Part shown: piece after piece, positions 26,230 through 39,475 of the stretch
How the letters are laid out: every line of letters starts with the position of its first letter
How positions within the stretch are numbered: the stretch's first letter is position 1
Source: Octopus sinensis
Taxonomy: Eukaryota
DNA length: 64,000 nucleotides
Assembly (NCBI RefSeq): GCF_006345805.1
Contig: NC_043012.1
Location: 24,366,001-24,430,000, forward strand
Direction: 5' to 3'
Made by a program: the position numbers and the translations under genes
The notes under the pieces: generated by a model
Databases searched by the model: none
Told to the model about the DNA's origin: nothing
The model's input: the letters and a program-made list of their open reading frames with translations, nothing else

Positions 26230-26335
26230 CTGTTCTTATCAGCTTAACATCTGATAAGTTCCCTATTTGGAGCCATCAGTATTAAACTGATTTTAAGAAG
26301 AAGGCAAAGAGTTAGGGGCTTGCTCCACCTTTGCC
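26230..26335 (+). pseudogene. U2: U2 snRNA pseudogene fragment (about nt 40-145 of U2)
   Basis: ctgttcttatcagcttaacatctgataag ... attaaactgatttt ... taggggcttgctccacct matches invertebrate U2 stems IIa/IIb, a degenerate Sm site and stem III. The 5' stem I, the branch-pairing GUAGUA and stem-loop IV are absent. Confidence 0.88.
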
Positions 26336-26337
26336 AA

Positions 26338-26406
<69 letters not shown>

Positions 26407-27302
26407 CTGTCCAGTACAAACTCACTGTCTCAAACAATACGGAATATCTTTTATCAATACAGAAGTGTTTAGATTCATTCAAATTTATTTCAACATCGAG
26501 GTAGTCATACTAAGAATATATGTGCTTTTTCTAAAAAAAAATTCTATCCAAATAGTACTGTCTCTAAGTGCAATACTGAAATACACTAATTTAAATCATC
26601 TGTATATATATATATATAGTGTGTGTGTGTGTGTGTGAATCTCCTTTATTTACCTAGTTAGAATTTTTCTTAAATTTCTTTTTTTTTTTGTTTGTTTGTT
26701 TTCCCTTATGGTTATAATCTAAATCATAAGGCACTTAGTGTTCCTGTAAAATTGATTGTTACCAAGGGAACAGAACTTATCTCCCCTTTTGAGAGGGTAT
26801 ATAATTGCTTATACCATTTTCAAGTAGTTGTAGTGTCAGTGTAAGAGCATTTTGAACTCTGCAAATGTGTGCTGTTGTATGTCTGCTAGGAACGTTGAAA
26901 CATTTTGTGCACTAACTGGTTTGCACTGCATACATTGTACTCTGTTTCCTTCTCCTGGTCTGAGTAAGCAACAGCCGACAACGTCATGCAAATAACTGAA
27001 TTCTAAATGAATACCAAAATAGATATAAGAATAGCCATGTTAAAATTTTTATTGCAAGCTGCAGTGTCTTGTTCAAGCTACAATTTACATACACTGTTCT
27101 ATGTAATACATAATAATATTAGAGTGTAGCCTCCAAAAACATATTAATGATTAATGTGTTCATATAGAGGTTAGTAAATTCCTCTAGTACATAATATATT
27201 GCTTGTTTCAAAGTAGGCATCTTAATTAATTCTTTCCTATAAGAAGACCCCTAATAATAAATACACACACTGGCACACATACACACACACACGTGTACGA
27301 GT

Positions 27303-27333
<31 letters not shown>

Positions 27334-27749
27334 TGTGCATGTAGAGAAAGACTAGAGCTTGAATATTGCACAAATCTGATTGAGCTACCTTTCTGTAGTT
27401 GATTGAAAAAGGAGGAAAAAATTAATTTTCTAATCACACTTCTTCCCATCCGCCTGCGTATTTGTCTGTCTTTCTTTTTATCAATATATCACTAATTGTA
27501 TTTATCACCTCTATTTTGCAATCGAGTCATTCCCCCCCCCGCCCATCCCCACCACTAATATTTGTTTTCACTATATTATTTTCCTTATATCAATTTTTAA
27601 TTTACATTTTTTTTTTATTATTTCAACTATTGAACTAGCTTGGTGTGAAGTTACCCCAGTATGGCCACAACCTTTGACTGAAACCAGTGAAAAATGATGA
27701 TATGTGTGTGTATGTTTACATATATGTGTGTGTGTGTGTGTGTAGATGT

Positions 27750-28185
27750 AGGTGCAAGCATAGATATGTGGTAAGAAGCTTGCTTTACAACCACACAAGT
27801 CTGGGTCCAGTTCTACTGCATGGCACCTTCAGCAAGGGTCTTCTATATAGCCTTGGGTCAATCAAAGCCTTGTGAGTGGAATTACTAGACAGAAACTGAA
27901 AAAAAGCTTGCCATATATGTCATGTGCATATGGGTGTGTGTGTGTGTGTGAGTTGGTGTTTCGTTATCTTGATAGCATGTAACATTTGCAAACAAGTGTT
28001 ACTCTCATTTGATGGTGTCCTTCTTTTCCTATTTTTCATAAAAACATGTCTGGCCATGGGGGAAATATCACCTTTCTTGGAAACAGGTGACAGAAAAGGT
28101 ACCCAGCTGTACAAAATCTGCCTCAATAAATCCTGCCTGACCCATGCAACTATGGAAAATGAGACATGGAAACAATGATGATGCT
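27750..28185 (+). mobile_element. Composite SINE: family A head/CORE, (GT)n, then C2 RTE-type tail
   Basis: Head matches 56406-56570; tail gacccatgcaactatggaaaatgagacatggaaacaatgatgatg. Confidence 0.7.
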
Positions 28186-28200
28186 GGTGTATATATATAT

Positions 28201-28439
28201 GCCATGTAAAAAGCACCATCCAATCGTGGCCATTTGCCAGCCTCGTCTGGCACCTATGCCGGTGGCACGTAAAAAGCACTCACTACATTCACGGAGTGGT
28301 TGGCATTAGGAAGGGCATCCAGCTGTAGAAACATTGTCAGATCAGACTGTGCCTGGTGCAGCCTTCTGGCTTCCCAGACCCCAGTTGAACTTCCAACCCA
28401 TGCTAGCATGGAAAGCAGACACTAAACGATGATGATGAT
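28201..28439 (+). mobile_element. Family C element
   Basis: One 62-bp-type unit, body and (GAT)n tail. Confidence 0.88.
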
Positions 28440-30368
28440 ATTATAGGAGAAATAAGGACAAATACAAATTTATATTATGATGTCCTGTGAAATACATGTA
28501 GTCCTGTGATAGGTGTTCCAAATGCATTTTGATCCTCAACCACAACAGATCATCAGGGAACACTTTATTGTGTACATAGCTACGGAGATATGGATATATA
28601 TATATACCTATATACATGTATGTAGGTATATCTACCCATACATGCACACACACACAGTCATCTGATAAAATAATGCTAATTGTGCATTAATAACTTTGTT
28701 TGAGGTCAATATCCATGGCACTTTTGGGTCTCCAAGATTAACAAAAAGAAGTTAGCTTTACATTCAGATGCTTGTGGCAATGTACTTTGCTAAAGACACA
28801 GAAGTGTACCGGGTGGTGATATTGCACTGGAGGATGTCACTCGAGAGCAAATTTGAAAGCCTGCTTATTTACATTTTCTGGAGGTTGCTTAATCTAAGAT
28901 TTATTATAACTTGTTAGCTTTAAAAAAACTGTTTATAACAATAAAAACACTGGGTTTTCTTTTTTTATGGAAACCTTTGTTGTTACATTTCTGTGAGAAT
29001 ATCTCAAAATGTTACTTTTGCAAGTTTAAAAGATAACAGCAGGGCCTACTACAACCAAAACAAAACAAAATATTTAAAGAATAAGGAATTATGGCATAGA
29101 GAGTCTGCAAGTATAAAAATTGGTTCCAAAAATGTAGCATGTCTGGCTGAATGTTTAAGAAGCTCACTTTGCCATCACATGGTTTTGGTTTCAGACCCAC
29201 CACCTGTACCATTTTTTTTTTTTTTTGTTTTTCATTATTCAGTGACTTTCCACTAAAAGTGGTACTTGATGCAAAGTCATATTCACCTGAGACGGATGGC
29301 TTTGATTTGGTTGTTAGGGTCTGATGACGTGGAAAGTAATTACTATATCAGAATTTTATGGTCATATGAGAGGACCAGGTGTATAAACTCTTGAAACAAA
29401 TCTTGATGTTGAGGTGGAGTTTTGCTTGAAACAAAACACTCCTGCAAAAAAGAGAAAGCTGTTTCTATAGATGAACTCATTGGAATTGCACTCCTCAACA
29501 AGACAATTCTTCATACTGTGATGACCAATTCCACAAAGAAACAAAGAGCTTCTTTAATATAGCATTCTGTATATTTTCCTCATCTTGCTCCTTTCAGAAC
29601 CTGTAAAAATAGCCTGAAGAGAAACAATATACTTCGAATGATTGAAAAAAAAATTCTTTGAATCATTTCTTTTTTTTTCTTTTTTTTTTTAACTTCAAAA
29701 CTAAACTGGGTTTATTTTACTTTTTTTTTTTTCTTCACTTGACAAACTGTCATTTATAGTAATGGAAAATATGTACTAAAATAAAAGTCGAGGGGTTTTT
29801 TGGTTTTTATTTTTGTCCTTTTAAATCCTAATATTAAAATGACATTAATTTTAGGCTGATCCTATATAAATATATTTAGTCTTTTTCAAAATCTATTTGA
29901 ATATATTTTCTTACACAGGAGAACCATTACAATAAGATTATTGGCATTCAAGAGATATTAACTACTACAATAGAAATTTAATTCCTACCCCTGAGGAATT
30001 CTTGTGCCTATTCTGAGCAAGTGATTATTAGAATGGCGAGTTTAATATCTTGATAGACTGAAAGATATTAGCTATTAAAATATACTTTGTGTTTCCATTC
30101 AATAAATGATCAAAATGTATTTCTCTTAGTCCAAGAATAAATGATCAGAATGGAATTTTATTGCTCTTGAAGATTACCATTATGTGAGTGGTTAAAGAAA
30201 AGCCTCTGATGTTTTAGCTATGTATCTTTCTCTCTCTCTCCCTCCATATACTCTACTACATGTATTGAGTACTTCTTATCATCTTTTATATATCCAAATA
30301 CACGCATATAAATCCAAACATGCATGTATGTATGTTTAATCGTATTGTCATGTCTTTGTAATGCAGTC

Positions 30369-30404
<36 letters not shown>

Positions 30405-30496
30405 CTATTTGTTCTAAGAATATGTCTCTATGTTGAAAAATACTTCAGAATTGAAAGCTGATAGGAAATTTACAATGTATTAACTGCAGGATGATA

Positions 30497-30830
30497 TATG
30501 CAGGCATGGCTGTGTGGTTAAACTGGTTTTCTTTCCAACCACATGGTTTTCAGCTCTGTCTCACTGTATGACACCTTGAGCAAGTCTTTTTCTGCTATAG
30601 CCTTCAGCCTGTCAAAATCTTGTGAGTGGATTTGGTTGACAGAAACTGAAAGAAGCTCATCATGTGTGTGTGTGTGTGTGTGTGTGTGTTTGAGGCTACA
30701 AAAAATGTACCTAATTGGTACACTTTGTAAGGTAGTTGATGTTAGGAAGGGCATCCAACCATAGAAACCTTACCAAAAACAAGACATTGAAGCATAGCTT
30801 GATCCTCTGACACATCGAATTCTGTCAAAC
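30497..30830 (+). mobile_element. Family A head/CORE joined through (GT)n to a family C-like segment
   Basis: gcaggcatggctgtgtgg ... gaaactgaaagaagc, then gttgatgttaggaagggcatcc. Confidence 0.65.
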
Positions 30831-30835
30831 CCTAA

Positions 30836-30874
<39 letters not shown>

Positions 30875-31227
30875 TTCTCTTTCTCTCTTTCGTTTGTGTG
30901 TATGTATTCGTTTGATATTATGGTTATGTAAGACAGTACTCTATTTGAAAAAATCAGTGCTATTTGTTTGATATACTACTAATAATAAAATTTAGATTTC
31001 CCCTTCCAGAAACTGATCTATTTTAATATTATTAAAAGAATAAATAACAATTCACAGCTTCATATCAATTTCTCCAAGCTTATGTGGGTGGGGTTTTGAA
31101 AATCTAGTCGCTTGCTTTGATCTAAATAAGAAGAGATGATGGTAAGGGCACCACCTTCTCCAGCTCAAAAGTAAAGTAATCTAAATGTTGTTAGACCACA
31201 CTGTAATAGCTGTGTTAAAGTGTCTAT

Positions 31228-31265
<38 letters not shown>

Positions 31266-31291
31266 ATCTTTCACTATATTTTATCCACTAT

Positions 31292-31668
31292 TTAACCCAT
31301 TTGTTGCTAAATTTATATTGTTTGTTTCAATTAATTTTTGAGAATAATGAAGAATTTGGTAAAAGAATTTTGTCATTATAATGACAATTTGGAACAAAGA
31401 TTAACTTGAAGTTTTGAGTGAAGGTTTTGACTGAAATCACTTTTACTCATTTGCATATAAACCAGTTATATCCAACCCCAAAATATTTAACCTGTTTTAT
31501 ATTCAAAGCAGCCAGATTTGACCTCTCACGCCCATCCTACAATGCCATTCTAAAAAGAAACAATCACATCATTGAAATCTCATAGTTACAAGACAGTGCA
31601 TGATTAATTTAAAACGTGGTTTAGTAAACATTACATTTGACTGAGTAATCTGAATGCTCAAGGGTTAA
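31292..31668. mobile_element. piggyBac-like MITE(s) with TTAACCC...GGGTTAA ends (probably two adjacent elements)
   Basis: ttaaccc at 31292 and gggttaa at 31662-31668; the right part is homologous to the reverse complements of 37715-37925, 43549-43741 and 50820-51008. Confidence 0.65.
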
Positions 31669-31804
31669 TAAGACAGAGCAGTTCATCGCAGGACCAAGGG
31701 TTAAATAAACAGGATTATTTTCTGTCTTGCGTTGTTGTTTAACCCTCATTTCAACTTTTAATGAACTGATCTATGATTAAAAGCATTCCAACTGTTGACT
31801 CTCT

Positions 31805-31882
31805 CATCTTTTAGGGACATTGAGGATTACAATATTTTAGCATCTTTTAGGGACATTGAGGATTACAATATTTTAGCATCTT
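31805..31882. repeat. Perfect 36-bp tandem duplication (about 2.2 units)
   Basis: catcttttagggacattgaggattacaatattttag twice, plus catctt. Confidence 0.95.
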
Positions 31883-32139
31883 CCTTATTTTTTAGAGCTT
31901 TGGTTGTGATTTAAGGGGCAAGCTGACTGGTCTATCATTTAGAAGCTTCCCTGCTTAGCTCCCAATCATCACGGCCCTAAGTAGATCTATTATCAAAGTT
32001 ATTCCAGCCATGACTATCCCATCATATTTCATATGGCTCTGGGCTACCTCATCAATTCTAGTCCCTCTTTCTAGTTCTAAGATGTAATTTGTGGGAGATA
32101 TGACTGTTATTTCTAACAGGTGGAGCATCCCTCACAGGT

Positions 32140-32664
32140 AGTCTTATGCCTTATATCTCTCCCTCCACCACCTTTCATTTGGTTAGAACCATCTTGCCCA
32201 AGAATTCTATCACTACCATTCCTCTAGTTTCATCTTCCTCTCTTTCACTCTTTTTTTCTTTCATTTCTTCTACAGAATATTCTGCTATGCTTCTTACTTT
32301 TCACTTCCATTTGCACCTATTTTCTTCATCAACCAACCCCTCCATTCTTCCTTCTATTTTGCACTTATATCCCTATTATCCTCTCTCCCTCCCTCTAAAC
32401 CCACACTCCTCTTTCTAGTTCTTTAGTCTTCTTTCTTTTATCTCCTTTTCATTTCCATGTATCCTCTCTCTCTTATTTTTTCTCCTCATCTTTTTCTTCT
32501 CTTTCTTTTTCTTTCAGTTCTTCCTGGATCTCTCTCCCTTCCCTGTTCCCTCTTACTTAATCTCTTTGCTTTCCACTGCTAAATTATTTTTCTCCTGTCT
32601 TCTTTACCATTTTCTCTTATTTCTTTGATTCAACCCCTTATTCACCTTCATACCATTTCTCTGA

Positions 32665-32720
<56 letters not shown>

Positions 32721-32830
32721 ATTTCTCTCTCTCTCTCTCTCTCAATTTTACAGGCTCATTTTTTTTTTAGCTACTTTTACATCATTTCTTGGTTTTATTT
32801 TTGTCCAGAGTTTTTCTTCATTTTTTTTTT
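32140..32830 (+). repeat. About 700-bp polypyrimidine tract including (CT)n
   Basis: Strong C/T bias on +. Confidence 0.8.
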
Positions 32831-33578
32831 TACTTTTTAATTTTTAGTTTCATAAACAGCTGATTGTATCACAATTTTCTTTCTTTCTCTCATGTTTAGA
32901 ATCATCATTTTCTTCAAATATTCCTTACCAAAAACTACATTTTTTGGCTTTCTCTCATTACTTTATAAAAACATTACAAAATGAAACAAAAGACAAACTA
33001 CAAAAACAAAAGAAACAAGAAAAAAAAAAGGAAAAGGGAGGTAATCTTGTTTTGCAACCCCACCCCCACCCCTCTTGCTGCTCCACCACAGTCTTATTCT
33101 AATAAACCTTCGGTGTTTGCCGTTTTTGATTTTGCTAGGTTTTTCTTTTTTTTTTATGAATTTCATTTTCTAATGTTGTTTTCTCGTGTATTTTCAAGGA
33201 GAACAAAGGATGGTACTTCTGTTTCTTCTAACTAGTAGGAACTCTTCAGTCTGTAATATCATTTAATTAAGGTGTCCTTATTGTTGACTTTTGTTACTAC
33301 TACTGCTGCTGCTGCTGCCACCATGCTGCTACTGTCGTGTTTCTTATCCATTAAATCTCCTCAACGGATAAGTCAGAATTTAGGTCTTGTATAAATGGTA
33401 GCATGCAGGCACAAGTAGGATCTTGCATATGTAATTTAGTGAGCCGATGAACTCTGAGATTGTCAATGCAATTAGTAAGCAAAAGCTTCCCCTATGGGTG
33501 GTAAAAATATTTAAAAGAGCAAACATGGGAGATAACTCTAATAAGTTCATCCAACTGAAATTTTTGGAAGATTAAAAT

Positions 33579-33781
33579 CATGCAGACAGTAGTAGATCTT
33601 GCCTTTAAATCCAGTTGGTAAGAGCTTTATTTGACCTCTTTATAGTCCTGTAGCTCCCCTGTAAGAACCTGCTCTGACCCATGCAGACAGTAGTAGATCT
33701 TGCCTTTAAATCCTGTTGGTAAGAGCTTTATTTGACCTCTTTATAGTCCTGTAGCTCCCCTGTAAGAACCTGCTCTGACCC
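33579..33781. repeat. 101-bp tandem duplication, one mismatch
   Basis: 33579-33679 versus 33680-33780 (ccagttgg/cctgttgg). Confidence 0.95.
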
Positions 33782-33864
33782 ACTCCCTTTCTCATATTTT
33801 TACCCACATATGCTAGCATAAAGCCCTTCCTGTCAGGTTTTGTAGCCTTGTGAGCCACATGGTA

Positions 33865-34035
33865 ACCCCTCTAGTACTGGTGGCATAAAAAAAAAAGCAC
33901 CCGTTACACACTGTAAGGTGGTTGGCATATTGGGAAGAGCATCTAGCCATGAAACCATGCCAGAGCCTTGAGCCTATCACATCCTGTCAAACCAACCAAC
34001 CCGTGGCAGCATGGAACACGACTGTTAAATGATGA
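33865..34035 (+). mobile_element. Family C element, diverged
   Basis: aaaagcacccgttacacactgtaaggtggttggc ... gactgttaaatgatgac. Confidence 0.7.
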
Positions 34036-34687
34036 CACACGTATGCATACACACATAATATAGTGTGATATTTTTCTTGCTTATTTTAAGATTTCAACAT
34101 TAATACAGGGAAAATTTTAATTGCATGAATATCATCAATTAAGCAGAACTCTCCAGCTCCCCTGTGTTACGTAGATGTGATGCTATTTGTATTTAGAATT
34201 ATGCAAAATAGTTCTCTGAGATATTTACCCTCAGCCATATTGTTGACATGCCAGATGCAGGCCTTGCATTTCTTCCATTTCAGACAGATTGCTAAACTCT
34301 ACATGTTTTGTGCATGTGTGTGTGTATGAGAGAGAGAGAGAAAGAGATGACCTATACATGATATGACAGGTAAGGATTTGCCAAGCATAATCAGCATTAT
34401 GAAATTAACAAGTGTTTTACTAGTTTGTAGACCCAACTTGAGTAAATGAAAGGGGAAGAAGAGATACCCTAAAACTGACTTCCCATTCATCCACTACATG
34501 AGGACAGTTTTCATGTGTGGCAGACAGCTACCAAAAAGAGGGGTTGCTGACATGTGACCAGGGGAGGAAATAAAATGGGCTGGCTTAAATATCCCAGCAT
34601 TCCATTCTCTTCTGCAAACCCAAGGTTTCATAGATAACCTAATGTGTTGAATAGTGGGAAGGAGCAAGAATCATAACTTGTGCTCCA

Positions 34688-34902
34688 TTAACCCTTTTGG
34701 TACAGACTCACCTGAGACAGCTACCTCCCCGTTCTATGAGACAAACTTTCTATTTCAATGTTATCCAAATGAAAAACCTATCAAAGTTTCATGTTAATTT
34801 ATAGTCCAGATGCCAGCTTAACAATGGTAGTTATTTTACCAAATTTTTCATTATTTTTCAAAAGCAGTGTAGTTAGACAGAAATATGATAACTAAAGGGT
34901 TT
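34688..34902. mobile_element. piggyBac-like MITE
   Basis: Starts ttaacccttttgg and ends actaaagggtt; interior similar to 31292-31440. Confidence 0.55.
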
Positions 34903-36674
34903 GGCCATTGACTTTTATCCCCTAGGTTCTAATTCAAAATCCCACTATATGTTTTTTTTGCTTTTAGTTTTTCGATTTTTTCACCCTCACAATAAACACC
35001 AGATATACAGTGAAGATTTGAAGTAATCAATTGCACAGCTCCCCAGCAAAAGCTGTGTCATCCTTAACCACATACAAGTTGGAGTTCATTTTAGGATTCT
35101 TTGTTAAACCCAATTCACTGTCATTTTATACATGGTTCTACTAATGAAAACGGCATGAAAGTCTCATAATCTCATTCTGTTGTGTCGTATGTTTGTGAAC
35201 TTGTATCTAACCTAGAAGTTAACATAACTGGGATGTGGCGACTGACATAGTAATAAAAAAAAAAGAAACCAATCTGATATGAACTTCCGTCTAAGTGTCA
35301 GTTCCTCTCCTGTAATGTTGACTGTTTGAGGATGGATAAAATTAGGAGCAGTAATACTTTTGGGATGATGGAGATATCATTGACCCCTTCCAATTAGAAA
35401 AAGTTCTTATTGTCTGTGAAAAAGATATTTGTCTGTCTGTGTAGATGCTATTGATAATGTAATTAAGATGGTAAATGGATGTTATTAATGAAGGGTTTGG
35501 TTTCCAAATGCTGAGTCAAAGTCCTTTCCTGCAAAGAATGTCATGTTTTTTTATTCTTCTTTGATATAAAAATAATTATAATTGAAATATGGAGATCCAA
35601 ACTAGATCAGATATGGTATTTTAAGATTATACCTTTTTATCTACACTTTAATCAATCATTTTGGTGGTATATTTCTGCTCAATCTCCAAATTAAATTTTA
35701 TATTTTATGAAAAGTTTTTGAGTTTCCATTTGTTAAAAGAAAGTCACAAAATAGTCACCTTATTGATTAAATACATATTTTCAGCCAGGACACTTCACTT
35801 GAAATTGTTTTTATTCCTGAAAATTTACTTTTGATAAACAGTCTCTACTTTTTCTTTTTCTTTCTTCACATTATGGATTTGATCTTTATTATATTCTTCA
35901 AAAAGTTTTGAAGTTTTACAGATCACTTTTTTTTTGTTGTTCATTTAACCGCTTAGTTATTAAGCATTCTATACCTCTGTATCTTAAAGAAATAGCTACA
36001 AAATGTGTAAATATCATAAAGAAACTGATATATCCCATTAAGATCAAGTAGTTTGCACAAGCAATCAATCATCTTTTTATATTTAGCTAATCACTGGAAG
36101 AACAAATTACTCTGCCTTTTTTTCCTTTCTTTTTTTTTATTGTGGTGTTTTTGTATTCATCTGAAGGTTTCACCTTCTCAATTTTGGTCATTCCAAAGTA
36201 TCACCATCATGCTCTTTTTCAGAAATCATTTCAGAATCTGAATTCAGTCAAAATTTGAATTAGGAATTTTGTATTTGATTAATCTTGAAATTGTTAAGCT
36301 ATTTACAACAGCAGCAGCAATTTATTTGAAAGTTGATTACCAAGAGGATTTCAGCATATCATTTAATCTTGTGTTAATCCCATGCCAACGTTCATTTTGT
36401 TTTCTTTCTCGTCATTCCCCTCTCCCACTTCGTTTCTGATCTTAGTGGAAGTTATATGGAAATATCTTTTGAGATGTTTATGAAGTGACTATGTTGACCG
36501 GAACTAAGACTTTGGTAATTAGGATGTCACAGAACATTATACTTATGATCTGTGTTGGGCATTCATGTGTTGGTTGTCTGTCACTTAACCGTCTGCAGGA
36601 AGCCTCTACCTCAACACATTTCTCAACTGTCCACAACAATCTAGATCAATGGTTCTCAACAGATCAATCTAGAT

Positions 36675-36932
36675 CAATGGTTCTCAAGGGTCCACGTGAC
36701 CCTTGAGGGTTCCATATAAGCTTTTGTTATTAACATTTATCTGCAATAAACTGGTTTTTATACTTCTACAATGCACAAAATATTTTCACAAATTTGTTTA
36801 TATAATTCCTAATAACATTTAAAAATATAATTGGATTTCTTAAACCTCAACAAGTAATGTGGGGGAAGGGTCCATCAGAGTGAAATAGTAAACAAACGGG
36901 TCCATTGGGAAAAAAATGGTTGAAGACTACTG
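36675..36932. mobile_element. hAT (Charlie-like) MITE
   Basis: Ends caatggttctcaa and ttgaagactactg resemble the Charlie TIR CAGTGGTTCTCAA; flanking 8-mers atctagat / atctggac (6/8 match, TSD-like). Confidence 0.6.
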
Positions 36933-37140
36933 ATCTGGACATACCCTGTCTTGTTATTTAGATCACATGTGTTAGTTTTGTGCCACCAAGTCTCCTCTGA
37001 TCATCTTACTAGTGACTAGGACATGAGATGAATGCAATTGAGGATTAAAGGAGCACAATGACATCATTGGGAATTGAAATTTTGCTATTTTGTTTCTGCT
37101 TTCTGATGGTTACCAAAATGGACAGAACAATTCTTTTGAT

Positions 37141-37523
37141 TTTTTATTATTTTACTTGGTTTAGTGATCAGACGGCGGCCATGCTCCGGCACCACCTTGA
37201 AGAATTTTAGTCAAATGAACTGACCTGACCCCAGCATTAATGTGTTTTTTTAAGCCTGGTACTTTATTCTATCAGCTAAGTTACAGGGGCGTAAATACTC
37301 CAACACTGGTTGTCAAACAGTGGTGGTGGACAAAGACAGACAGACACACACACACACATACATACATATGATGACCTTCTTTTAGTTTCCTTCTCTGAAA
37401 TCCACTCATAAGGTTTTGGTCAGTCTATGGCTATAATAGAAGACACTCGCCTAAGGTGCCTCATAGTAGGACTGAACCCGGAGCCATGTGGTTGAGAAAG
37501 CAAACTTCTTACCACACAGCCAC
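37141..37523 (-). mobile_element. SINE family A, full length
   Basis: Colinear with the other family A copies. Confidence 0.85.
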
Positions 37524-37714
37524 AATGTATTAAGATAGACCCTTACCTAGACTACCATTTCATACTTTATATGATGAGGAAACATTACATGTTGAAGTGA
37601 ACAGTGTGGTCCTTAAGCAGAAGTAGGACATGTTTGAAGCAGTGTTGCTGCAGCTGACGCACAACTCCAGTGATTAATGTCACATGACTGTCTACTTAAA
37701 TGCAATAAAGCAAG

Positions 37715-37925
37715 TTGACCCTTTTAAACATTCAGATGACTCTGACAGATGTAATCATTTTAAATCTCTCAAACATTATCTCATGGCATCGAAACTTCGA
37801 TGATGTGATTCATTTTTAGAATGACATTGTAAGGTGGGTGGGTGAGGCCAAATCTAGCTGGTCTGAGTGAAAAACAGGTTGAATATTTGAGTCAGATCTG
37901 GTCAGTTTACATGCTAAACAATTAA
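37715..37925. mobile_element. piggyBac-like MITE (same family as 31445-31668)
   Basis: Starts ttgacccttttaaacattcaga; homologous interior. Confidence 0.6.
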
Positions 37926-38407
37926 ACTATTAGCTCTGTTTTGAGACCATGTAACCTAATTAACCCTGGATATTGTTTGTATCCAGTTGTTAGAGTTGGA
38001 AGTCTCCTTATTTAGTTATTTTCTGTTCCCAACTGCACTGGTCAAAATTTATGTTCAAAGGCATTGCAGTCATAACCACTGTGTCCTTCTCTTCATTCTG
38101 ACCATTGTATGTCTAGGAGTACATTTTCCAGTGTGTCCTATTCTTTTTTAAACTGGTAGGGTGTAAGTTGAGGAAGATTTGGCTGCTGTCTCTTGCAGGT
38201 TGAGTGATGACTTAGAAGCTTCCTTGTATATTTTTCATAAGGGTCACTGTTGTTGTTGTGTAACTAGAGGTTTGCCATGATTTCACTGCTCTCTGGTCAC
38301 CATCTTTTTTTTTAAAGATTTTGTGCATTCAGGCCTGTATCATTTTGGACATCACACACACAATCTCTTCCCAATTTTATGACAATGAGTGAGATTTGGC
38401 TGCTATT

Positions 38408-38645
38408 AAGGCAGCAAGCTGGCTGAATCATTAGCACGCCAGGCAAAATGCTTAGTGGCATTTCATCTATCATTATGTTCTGAGTTCAAATTCAGCCAAG
38501 GTTAACTTTGCATTTCATCCTTTTGGGGGTCAATAAGTACCAATTGTGTACTGGGGTTGATGTAATCAACTCCCCTCCCTCCCCTCAAGAATTTCAGGCC
38601 TTGTGCTGATAGTAGAAAGGTTTATTATCATTATTATTATTGTCA
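38408..38645 (+). mobile_element. SINE family B, full length
   Basis: Head, Nin-like core and (ATT)n tail. Confidence 0.85.
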
Positions 38646-39475
38646 TTATATTTATCTTTGTCTTCACAGTGCCATTTCTCTCACACATAAGTGCTTCTTA
38701 CATTCTTGTAATGTTAGAGAAGTAAAAGGTTACCCCCCCTGTTCTATTTTTACCTTCTTGTGTTTCTATTGAACTAGCCTAGTTGTCTGTTTATGAGAAA
38801 AGGAAGACAGTTTCACCACAGAAATGTTTCTACATGTATCAACACTCACCTATTCCTGTTGGGGGTTTTTCCTCCTTCTTTCTTTTTTTCTGAATTCTAT
38901 TGTTGAAGTGCATAATTTTTCTGTCTCTCTGCACTTATTCCTAACCATCACTGACCTAGCATTAAGAATCGTTGCTTGAAATTTGTGCAAACTAACTGAT
39001 ACGTTTCTTAATGAATACACTATATTTAATTAGCAGATAATAAGCTAAAGTAGTCAACATGCATCAGTTATTGATTATTATTATTTTTTTTAACACTTAT
39101 TGATTTTATTCTAGAAACTGATTAGATCGTTTTTGTTATGACTTTTTTTAAAAATCAAAATAAATTTTATTTATTTTTCAATGCATTTAAAAATATTTAA
39201 TTCCATTATTATTATTATTATTATTATTATTACTTTGATTTATGTTGTTTTTAAAAATAAATTTTGTTTATTTGCTATTTACTTTAAAACTTTTAAAAGA
39301 TTTAAATTTTAACTTTAAATTTATAAAAAAGAATTAAAATGTAATTAAAGATATAATAAAAAAATTAAAAAGTAAGACGGCAGAATTGATCGTTTTCATC
39401 CTATAGAATAAATACCAGACCACTGGTTTTATCGCCTCTTACCTTTTTTTGTCATTTTTGGCTCGCCCCCGACAG

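Noticed and set aside
29290-29620. Strong minus-strand acceptors and a CAG|GTGAAT donor
   Set aside because: All frames are closed between them and there is no recognisable product.
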